This document shows positions 1-8,627 of a stretch of 13,423 nucleotides of DNA, one piece after another. This DNA comes from Candidatus Eiseniibacteriota bacterium (GTDB lineage: Bacteria > Eisenbacteria > RBG-16-71-46), in NCBI GenBank assembly GCA_041483195.1, contig JBGPFC010000058.1, positions 1-13,423 of the forward strand. Reading direction: 5' to 3'. Position 1 is the stretch's first letter, and the number at the start of each line of letters is the position of its first letter. The notes under the pieces were generated by a model. That model saw only the letters and a list, made by a program, of their open reading frames with translations, was not told the DNA's origin and searched no databases. The position numbers were made by a program, and so were the translations under genes.

Positions 1-779
1 ACCGTCACTCCGAACAGGCACACGATGGTGGCACCCATCGGCCAGTCCTTGAGGTAGGAAAACACCGCGCCGAGGACGGAGACCACGAGCGCGATGGCCC
101 ATGCCCAGTAGAGCTGGGCCGGGCCCCTCCGGCCCAGCAGGGTCGAGCAGACCACGGGAACAATCAGATAGGAGAATACCGCCAGGACGCCGGAGACCTT
201 CACGGAGCTCGTGACCACGAGACCGAACGACGCGTAGAAGAGAAAATCCCACTTCTTGACCGAGAGGCCCATCTGTCGCGCTTTCTTGGGATCTTCGGAA
301 CAGAGAAGGAGTTTTCGGCGGCTGAAGAAGAGGAACGCGCCGACGATCGCGTACAGCGTCGCCATGATCGCGATGTCCTTCCATGCCACCCAGCCGAGCG
401 CCTCTCCGCTCAGGGTCGCGCTCACGTGCTCTGCTCCGTGGGGAGCGTTCGACAGCAGCAGCAACGTCGCGGCCGTCGCCAGCGCGAACGAGATCCCGAT
501 GAAGGCCTCCTGCAGCACCGAGTGTTCCCGATCCCACAGGAAGCTGAAGAGGGCGGCGCCCAGCAGCGTGAAGCCGAATGACCAGTAGTACATGCTGGGA
601 TCGTGCGGCTCAGCACCCAGCAGGTAGGCCACGCTCTGGCCCAGCGCGGCGATCTGCGCCAGCGCGAGGTCCACGAAGATCACACCCCGGGCCAGCACAT
701 GCTGGCCAAGGGCCGGCAGGATCAATACCAGGAGGAGGCATGCGAGGAGCGGCAGCGCCATGACCGCGAGGAAGTTCAT
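1..779 (-). CDS. Metal (Zn/Mn/Fe-type) ABC transporter permease, ZnuB/ABC-3-like; 3' end outside window
   Basis: Missing from the ORF track because it has no stop in the window. Hand translation from ATG 779: MNFLAVMALPLLACLLLVLILPALGQHVLARGVIFVDLALAQIAALGQSVAYLLG...QEAFIGISFALA...SEDPKKARQMGLSVKKWDFLFYASFGLVVTSSVKVSGVLAVFSYLIVP... It has multiple TM helices, an ABC-3-like 'S.D...A...G' loop and a 'V...G.L.V...LIVP' segment. ATGA overlap with the SBP stop (776-779). Confidence 0.88.
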   Translation of the reverse strand, partial: MNFLAVMALPLLACLLLVLILPALGQHVLARGVIFVDLALAQIAALGQSVAYLLGAEPHDPSMYYWSFGFTLLGAALFSFLWDREHSVLQEAFIGISFALATAATLLLLSNAPHGAEHVSATLSGEALGWVAWKDIAIMATLYAIVGAFLFFSRRKLLLCSEDPKKARQMGLSVKKWDFLFYASFGLVVTSSVKVSGVLAVFSYLIVPVVCSTLLGRRGPAQLYWAWAIALVVSVLGAVFSYLKDWPMGATIVCLFGVT

Positions 780-1708
780 CGCTGTCCCCCTGAATTACCG
801 GCAAGAGCTCCGGCCAACGACGATACGAGGACGTCGAACTTGGAGAAGACGTCGTCGGTTCCGGGGATGCCGCCCGCCTCGGTAGCGATCTCCACCGCGA
901 CGCCGCCGGCCCGCTTCGCCACCTGATTGCTGGCGTCGGCGTTGTAGTACGGCTGGTACAGCACCACCTTGACCCCCGCCTTCTTCATCGCCTCCGCAAG
1001 CTCGTTGACGTAGTGCGGGCTGGGTGGAATGCCCGGCTTGGGCTCGACCGTGCCGAAGAGCTTGAGCCCAAACCGATCGGCGAAGTAGACGAAGTTCGGG
1101 TGATAGGTCACGACCGAGGCCCCTTTGTATGGCTCCATCTCTTTTTCCCACTTCGCAAGAGACGCTTCCATCTTCTCGTCGAAGGCCTTCGCGTTCGCGG
1201 CGTAGTCGGCCGCGTTCGCGGGGTCCAGCCGAGAAAAGACCTCCGCGAGGTGGTCGGCCAGGATCTCGAGGTTCTTCGGATCGGCGTAGTAATGCGGATT
1301 GCCGAACGGGTGGATGTCCCCCTCGGCCCGGCTGACCGTGCCCACGGGTTTTTCGAGCACGTTGACGCCCTGCGAAGCGTCCACGAAGCCCTTCGTGCCC
1401 GGCTGGATCCTGGGATTGCGGCTTCCGGGCAGGACCAACGGCAACCAGCCGCCGTCGAGCTCCAGGCCGGTCGACACGAACACGTCTGCGTGCTGAATTG
1501 CCTTCATCAGGCTGGGCTTGGCCGGAACGAAGTGCGGGTCCTCGAACCCTCTGCAGAGGCTTTGAGCCGACACGTGCTTCCCTCCGACAAATTGGGCGAC
1601 GGAAGCCAGATCGGTCAACGACGTGGCGACCTTCAGGTCCGCACTCGCGGGCGCGGTCGCCAACAGACCGAGAATCAATACACACGTGCATCGAATCAGC
1701 GACTTCAT
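776..1708 (-). CDS. Metal ABC transporter substrate-binding protein (ZnuA/MntA/TroA cluster A-I)
   Basis: Signal peptide (MKSLIRCTCVLILGLLATAPASA), KVATS start, metal-ligand motifs EDPHF, GDIHPFGNPHYY, VVTYHPNF and VEPKPGIPPSPHY. Start placed at ATG 1708 (GGGAGGA RBS at 1713-1719) rather than the ORF-track TTG at 1777. Confidence 0.92.
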   Translation of the reverse strand: MKSLIRCTCVLILGLLATAPASADLKVATSLTDLASVAQFVGGKHVSAQSLCRGFEDPHFVPAKPSLMKAIQHADVFVSTGLELDGGWLPLVLPGSRNPRIQPGTKGFVDASQGVNVLEKPVGTVSRAEGDIHPFGNPHYYADPKNLEILADHLAEVFSRLDPANAADYAANAKAFDEKMEASLAKWEKEMEPYKGASVVTYHPNFVYFADRFGLKLFGTVEPKPGIPPSPHYVNELAEAMKKAGVKVVLYQPYYNADASNQVAKRAGGVAVEIATEAGGIPGTDDVFSKFDVLVSSLAGALAGNSGGQR

Positions 1709-1773
1709 GGAATCCTCCCGAATGGTGTGCCTCACTTGCTCCACTCTCCGTGGCTCACGAGTAGACGTCTTCA

Positions 1774-2868
1774 TCAATACGCGTGGGCCGGGTGGTAACC
1801 GATCGTGTAGCTCAGCTGGACCATGAGCCGGTCGTCGGTTGGGTGGATGCCGATCTCCGACTTGGCATGGCTATACTCGACTCGAATGAACGAGAACTCC
1901 GAGGGCACCCACGCGATGTTGGCCGAGACCCGGTTCACCTTACGGGCGATCGGGGCGCCCGCCTCGTCGACCATAAAGTCGGCGAAGCTGTTGCGGGCCT
2001 GCTCGCCGCGAATGCCCATCCACCAGATCTGTGACAGGCGATACTGGAACGACGCATACCCCCCGTCCGCCTCCCGAGCGTAGGTCCCGCCGACGGTCGA
2101 ACCCTTCTGGAGATACTCGCTCTGCAAGATCCACCCGTGCCGGTTCGAGCTTCTGGCCGGCACGTTGCGGAAGGTCACATCTGCGCCATAGGCCGCGTGC
2201 CGGTTCCCGTCGCTGCCGCGACCCTGCAGGATGGATTGGCCGAGCTCCAACGTCGTCTCCTCGCCCAGGTCGAACTGGTTCTTGAAATGACCGAGGTAGG
2301 GGACGTTATCGTGCTTGCTGGATCCGAAATCGAGAGGATGATCGGGATCGGTTGCGATGGCCTCGTAGACGCCACCCGTCAACTCGGAGAACCAGGGCAG
2401 CGGAGTGAGCCACGCGGCCTCGAGGCCGGCATCCTTGAACCCTTCATTGCCGATTGTGTTGGCCATGACGATTGGGGCTTGAATGAATGGAAATGCGTGT
2501 GTGTGGAGCAACCCGTGTTTTCCAAAAGTGCCGCGCTGTTTTCCCAACTTCAGTTGAATCGAAGGAATATTGGTGGTGCGAACCCAGACTTCCTCCGGGT
2601 CCACTGACCCATCCCCAACGAAGACGATGTTGCTCCAGAACATCCAGTACGGATCCACGACGGAGATGAGGCTGACCTCCGCTTCGTCGAAGTGGAGCCC
2701 ATAAGGTTGATTCAGGTTGTGTGCGGCCTGGCCGGAGAAGATGCCGACCATCCCGATCGCCGGGTTGGCCAGGTTCGAAAACATCGATGTCGTCTGGGCG
2801 GTTGCAAGGGCCGGCGCGCACATCAGCGCGGCGAACAGGCATGCAAGCATGCGAAGTCTCATGCGCAC
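1774..2868 (-). CDS. Outer-membrane beta-barrel protein associated with the metal ABC operon (porin-sized, His-containing C-terminus)
   Basis: Signal peptide ending ATA-Q, alternating amphipathic strands with aromatic girdle residues (GGYASFQYRLSQIWWMGIR, SEFSFIRVEY), KHGLLHTHAFPF motif, C-terminus QLSYTIGYHPAHAY. AGGAGGT RBS at 2873-2879; start is GTG 2868 or ATG 2862. Confidence 0.8.
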   Translation of the reverse strand: MRMRLRMLACLFAALMCAPALATAQTTSMFSNLANPAIGMVGIFSGQAAHNLNQPYGLHFDEAEVSLISVVDPYWMFWSNIVFVGDGSVDPEEVWVRTTNIPSIQLKLGKQRGTFGKHGLLHTHAFPFIQAPIVMANTIGNEGFKDAGLEAAWLTPLPWFSELTGGVYEAIATDPDHPLDFGSSKHDNVPYLGHFKNQFDLGEETTLELGQSILQGRGSDGNRHAAYGADVTFRNVPARSSNRHGWILQSEYLQKGSTVGGTYAREADGGYASFQYRLSQIWWMGIRGEQARNSFADFMVDEAGAPIARKVNRVSANIAWVPSEFSFIRVEYSHAKSEIGIHPTDDRLMVQLSYTIGYHPAHAY

Positions 2869-3383
2869 TTGACCTCCTGATATTCGTAGGAATGAAGCGC
2901 TCCTGCCTCAAGCAGAACGGGCCAGCCTCGGATTCCGCTCACCGTTATGCGAAGAAAGGTCGGGGAGCACTCAGCCACTTGTGCTGAGTTCCCCGACCTT
3001 CTGGACATAATGTGCTGCTGGCCATAATGGAGCAGCCCGTGCTTGCCGAACGTCCCGCGGATCTTCCCGAGCTTCAGTTGAATCGCGGGGAGGTTGGTGC
3101 TGCGGACCCAGACCTCCTCCGGGTCCACCGACCCGTCCCCCACGAAGACGATGTTGCTCACGAAGGTCCAGTACGGATCCACGACGGAGATGAAGCTGAT
3201 CTCCGCTTCGTCGAACTGCAGCCCATACGGTTGGTCGAGGTTGTGTGCGGCCTGCCCGGAGAAGAGGGCGTTCATCCCGATCGACGGGTTCGCCAGATTC
3301 GAGTACATCGACGACGTCTGGGCGGTTGCAATTATCGGCGCCAACGCCATCAACAGAACGCATGCGACGATGCGAGTCGTCAT
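2859..3383 (-). pseudogene. 3'-truncated paralogue of the outer-membrane barrel gene (119 homologous codons plus 55 unrelated read-through codons)
   Basis: ATAQ...GKHGLLH matches the 1774-2868 protein at 85/101 residues (hand alignment). Homology stops abruptly at 3027. The remaining tail (YGQQHIMSRR...) is translated junction DNA. Confidence 0.85.
2945..3010. repeat. Imperfect inverted repeat / hairpin at the junction between the truncated and intact barrel genes
   Basis: AAGGTCGGGGA (2956-2966) pairs with TCCCCGACCTT (2990-3000). ACTCAGC (2969-2975) pairs with GCTGAGT (2983-2989), with a 2-nt GC bulge. Outer TTATG (2945-2949) pairs with CATAA (3006-3010). On the minus strand the stem is followed by TTTCTTC, so it may act as a terminator. 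Confidence 0.85.
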
Positions 3384-3501
3384 GGAGATCGACCTTCATG
3401 TGGCCCGCGCCGCGTGCGCAGCACGCGAGGACGGACCTCGAGTTCGATTCAAGGGGCGCGACGCCCGCTGTCGTGCGGGGCGGCGCGCGGTGGCCGAGAG
3501 G

Positions 3502-3795
3502 TCAGGCCGAGGGCGGGCCGCGCGAGAGCGCGGGTGCGACGATGCGCGCGCCGGGCGCGCGGGTGACCGGCGCGCTGAGGCGCGCGATCGCGAACGCCGG
3601 AGCGCCGGGCTGCGGCGATCCCGCGGCGGTCACCGCCGGGGTCGCGCCGAAGCTGCACACCGCGCACTGGTCGTGCGCGCGGTCGTTCGGATGGTGATGG
3701 AGCGCGCTGACGAGGCCCGCGGCCAGCACCAACACGGCTAGCGCCGGAGCGATCGCGGCGAGCAGCCTGCGGAATCGAAGGGTCGCGGTTCTCAT
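3502..3795 (-). CDS. DUF2946/CruR-like small protein; putative metal-sensing ribosome-arrest leader peptide
   Basis: MRTATLRFRRLLAAIAPALAVLVLAAGLVSALHHHPNDRAHDQCAVCSF...(Pro/Ala linker)...ALSRGPPSA*. Basic and hydrophobic N-terminus, His cluster, CxxC, and RGPP two codons before the stop; first gene of a metal-uptake operon. Start is ATG 3795 (or GTG 3819). Confidence 0.8.
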   Translation of the reverse strand: MRTATLRFRRLLAAIAPALAVLVLAAGLVSALHHHPNDRAHDQCAVCSFGATPAVTAAGSPQPGAPAFAIARLSAPVTRAPGARIVAPALSRGPPSA

Positions 3796-3831
3796 GGTCG
3801 ATGCGGCCGCGCGGGGCACGGCCGCGCGGAA

Positions 3832-3860
3832 ACAATGAGCGCGGCGCGGTCCGAGGTCAA
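3832..3860 (-). promoter_or_regulatory. Putative sigma70 promoter for the metal-uptake operon
   Basis: Minus strand: TTGACC (3860-3855), 17-nt spacer, CATTGT (3837-3832), in an otherwise very GC-rich region just upstream of the leader ORF. Confidence 0.6.
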
Positions 3861-3909
3861 GTCATGGAGCTGTGAGGTCTGGACGCGGGCCTGCCCGCCG
3901 GTGCGCCGC

Positions 3910-3977
3910 CCTTGATGAAATCCTGATGCGCACTCCCCGCTTCCTTACACGCGCCTGATGGCCCCGCGTGCTCCAAT
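3910..3977 (+). promoter_or_regulatory. Putative KdpE-binding direct repeats and kdp promoter
   Basis: CTTGATG (3911), CCTGATG (3922), CCTTACA (3943) and CCTGATG (3954), spaced 11/21/11 bp as in OmpR/PhoB-family tandem sites. Followed by a weak extended -10-like TGcTCCAAT (3969-3977). Confidence 0.55.
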
Positions 3978-4008
3978 GTCCCTGGCCCCAGTGGAACCCG
4001 GAGGATGC

Positions 4009-4095
4009 ATGTCGGACTTCGTCGCGGTCGGCCTCGTGGTGCTGTTCTTCCTGATCTCGCTCGCGCTCACGGCGTGGGGCGAGAAATCCCGGTGA
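4009..4095 (+). CDS. Small single-TM peptide upstream of kdpF (28 aa)
   Basis: Hand translation MSDFVAVGLVVLFFLISLALTAWGEKSR*. GGAGG RBS at 4000-4004, host-like GC3 codons, stop 7 nt before the kdpF start. Confidence 0.75.
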   Translation: MSDFVAVGLVVLFFLISLALTAWGEKSR

Positions 4096-4102
4096 CGCGC
4101 CC

Positions 4103-4192
4103 ATGAACCCTCTCTACGTCGTGGGCGCCATCATCACCATCGTGCTGCTGATCTATCTCCTCTACGCCATGCTTCGCCCGGAGCGCTTCTGA
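4103..4192 (+). CDS. kdpF: K+-transporting ATPase subunit F
   Basis: MNPLYVVGAIITIVLLIYLLYAMLRPERF* has the KdpF signature YL.YA.L.PE.F. TGATG overlap with the kdpA start. Confidence 0.95.
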   Translation: MNPLYVVGAIITIVLLIYLLYAMLRPERF

Positions 4193-5937
4193 TGACCGTC
4201 AACGCGTGGCTGCAACTGCTGCTGTATTTGGTCGCGCTGATCGCGCTCGGTCTGCCGCTCGGCCGCCACATGGCGAGAGTGCTCGACGGGCGGCCGACGC
4301 TCCTCGCGCGCCTTCTCGGCCCGGTCGAGCGGTGGTTCTATCGCCTCGGCGCGGTGCGGCCGGAGCGCGAGATGTCATGGGGCCGGTACGCAACCGCGAT
4401 GCTGCTCTTCAACGCGGCGGGCATCCTGCTCGTCTACCTCATCCAGCGCATGCAGGCGATCCTGCCGCTGAACCCTCAGCACCTCCCCGCGGTGCCATGG
4501 CACCTGGCCTTCAACACCGCGGTGAGCTTCGGAACCAATACCAACTGGCAGAGCTACTCGGGTGAGACCACGCTCAGCTACTTCACCCAGATGCTCGCGC
4601 TCACGGTTCAGAACTTCGTCTCCGCCGCCTCGGGGATCGCCGTCCTGGCCGCGCTCATTCGCGGCCTCGCGCGCCACTCCGCCGAGACCATAGGCAACTT
4701 CTGGGTGGATCTCACCCGCTCCACGCTCTACATCCTGCTGCCGCTCTCGCTGGTGCTCGCGGTCGCGCTGGTCTCGCAGGGCGTCGTCCAGACGTTTCAC
4801 CCCACGCAGCGGGTCGCGCTCGTCCAGCCCACGCTCGACGACCAGCACCAGCCCCTCACCACGCAGGAGATCGCGGTCGGGCCCGCCGCCTCGCAAGTCG
4901 CGATCAAGCAGCTCGGCACCAACGGCGGCGGCTTCTACAACGTGAACTCGGCGCATCCGCTCGAGAACCCGACCCCGCTCGCGAATTTCCTCGAGGTGCT
5001 GGCGATCCTCCTGATCTCGGCGGGGCTGTGCTTCACCTTCGGAGAGATGGTGGGCGACATGCGCCAGGGCTGGGCGGTGTTCGCGGCGATGCTGCTGCTC
5101 CTGATCGCGTTCGCTGTTCCCTGCATCGTCGCCGAGCAGGCGGGCAACCCGCGCCTCGCGGCGCTCGGGGCCGACACGCGCGCGACGGCGACCCAGGCCG
5201 GCGGGAACATGGAGGGCAAGGAGGCGCGCTTCGGGATCGTCAACTCGGCGCTGTGGGCCACGGCGACGACCGCGGCCTCGAACGGCTCGGTCAACGCCAT
5301 GCACGATTCGTTCACGCCGCTCGGGGGGCTCGTCCCGATGGTGCTGATCCAGCTCGGCGAGGTGGTGTTCGGCGGCGTCGGGTCGGGGCTCTACGGCATG
5401 CTGATGTTCGTGATCGCGGCGGTGTTCATCGCCGGGCTCATGGTGGGGCGCACCCCGGAGTACCTGGGGAAGAAGATCGAGTCCTACGAGATGAAGATGG
5501 CCTCGCTTGTCATCCTCATTCCGCCCATCACCGTGAAGCTCGGCACCGCGCTCGGCGTCGCGGCCGCCGCGGGGCGGGCGGGAATTCTCAATCCCGGCGC
5601 GCACGGCTTCAGCGAGGTGCTCTACGCGTTCTCCTCCGCCTCGAACAACAACGGCAGCGCGTTCGCCGGTCTCACCGCGAGCACGCCGTTCTACGACGTG
5701 GCGCTCGGGGTCGCGATGCTGGTGGGACGCTACTGGCTCGCGATCCCGACCCTGGCGATCGCGGGCTCGCTCGCGCGCAAGAAGAAGGTCCCGGCCGGCG
5801 CCGGAACGCTGCCGACCCACACGCCGCTGTTCGTGCTCCTGCTGGTCGCGACGGTGTTGATCGTCGGCGCGCTCGCGTTCTTCCCCGCGCTCTCGCTGGG
5901 GCCGATCGTGGAGCACCTGAATCTCTGGAGGCGATGA
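4192..5937 (+). CDS. kdpA: K+-transporting ATPase subunit A
   Basis: 581 aa; selectivity-filter motifs FGTNTNWQ, LGTNGGGF, ASNGSVN and NNNGSAF; also MEGKEARFG, GLMVGRTPEYLGKKI and C-terminal PALSLGPIVEH. Confidence 0.99.
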   Translation: MTVNAWLQLLLYLVALIALGLPLGRHMARVLDGRPTLLARLLGPVERWFYRLGAVRPEREMSWGRYATAMLLFNAAGILLVYLIQRMQAILPLNPQHLPAVPWHLAFNTAVSFGTNTNWQSYSGETTLSYFTQMLALTVQNFVSAASGIAVLAALIRGLARHSAETIGNFWVDLTRSTLYILLPLSLVLAVALVSQGVVQTFHPTQRVALVQPTLDDQHQPLTTQEIAVGPAASQVAIKQLGTNGGGFYNVNSAHPLENPTPLANFLEVLAILLISAGLCFTFGEMVGDMRQGWAVFAAMLLLLIAFAVPCIVAEQAGNPRLAALGADTRATATQAGGNMEGKEARFGIVNSALWATATTAASNGSVNAMHDSFTPLGGLVPMVLIQLGEVVFGGVGSGLYGMLMFVIAAVFIAGLMVGRTPEYLGKKIESYEMKMASLVILIPPITVKLGTALGVAAAAGRAGILNPGAHGFSEVLYAFSSASNNNGSAFAGLTASTPFYDVALGVAMLVGRYWLAIPTLAIAGSLARKKKVPAGAGTLPTHTPLFVLLLVATVLIVGALAFFPALSLGPIVEHLNLWRR

Positions 5938-5940
5938 GCC

Positions 5941-8010
<2,070 letters not shown>

Positions 8011-8018
8011 AGGATTTC

Positions 8019-8627
8019 ATGCGCTCCGAACTTCGCCCCGCCGTCGTGATCCTGCTCCTGATGACGCTCCTCACCGGGGTCGCGTACCCGGTCGTGGTCA
8101 CCGGCATCGCGAGCCTGTTCTTCCCGCATCAGGCGAACGGCAGCCTGATCGTGCGCGGCGGCCGCCCGATGGGTTCGAGCCTGATCGGACAGGCGTTCGA
8201 CGATCCGAAATATTTCTGGGGCCGGCTCTCAGCCACCGGGCGGGTGCCATACAACGCCGCGGCCTCGACCGGATCGAACTACGGCCCGCTCAACCCGGCG
8301 CTGTTCGACGCCGCACGCGCGCGAATCGCGGCGCTGCGCGCGGCCGATCCGGAAGCGCCCGCTGCGATGCCCGTGGACCTGATCACGGCCTCGGGCAGCG
8401 GGCTCGATCCGCACATCAGCCCCGCCGCCGCGGAATACCAGCTCACGCGCGTGGCCCGCGCGCGGGGGCTCGCACCGGATCGGGCGCGAGCCCTGGTGCG
8501 CGAGCACACGGCCGGCCGAACCTTCGGTGTGCTCGGCGAGCCGACCGTCAATGTGCTCGAGCTCAATCTCGCGCTGGATGCGCTCGCGGGCGACCTCGAT
8601 TCGAGCGGCGCTCGCGGGCCTCGATGA
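8019..8627 (+). CDS. kdpC: K+-transporting ATPase subunit C
   Basis: C-terminal part of ORF 6741..8627. True start is ATG 8019 after [73 protein letters not shown]. Confidence 0.97.
   Translation: MRSELRPAVVILLLMTLLTGVAYPVVVTGIASLFFPHQANGSLIVRGGRPMGSSLIGQAFDDPKYFWGRLSATGRVPYNAAASTGSNYGPLNPALFDAARARIAALRAADPEAPAAMPVDLITASGSGLDPHISPAAAEYQLTRVARARGLAPDRARALVREHTAGRTFGVLGEPTVNVLELNLALDALAGDLDSSGARGPR

Noticed and set aside
1709..1777. 23-codon N-terminal extension of the SBP (TTG 1777 / ATG 1774 overlapping the barrel stop)
   Set aside because: The extension is hydrophilic and would bury the signal peptide, and ATG 1708 has a strong RBS. Occasional coupled initiation at 1774 cannot be excluded.
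2912..2950. attC-like GCAGAAC...GTTATGC pair (integron cassette site)
   Set aside because: Only 39 bp, below the usual attC length. No convincing L'/L'' boxes, no second attC and no integrase in the window; at most a degenerate remnant.
2503..3383. The two barrel copies as a DGR template/variable repeat pair
   Set aside because: Differences are mostly synonymous C/T, G/A and G/C changes, not confined to adenines, and no reverse transcriptase gene is in the window.
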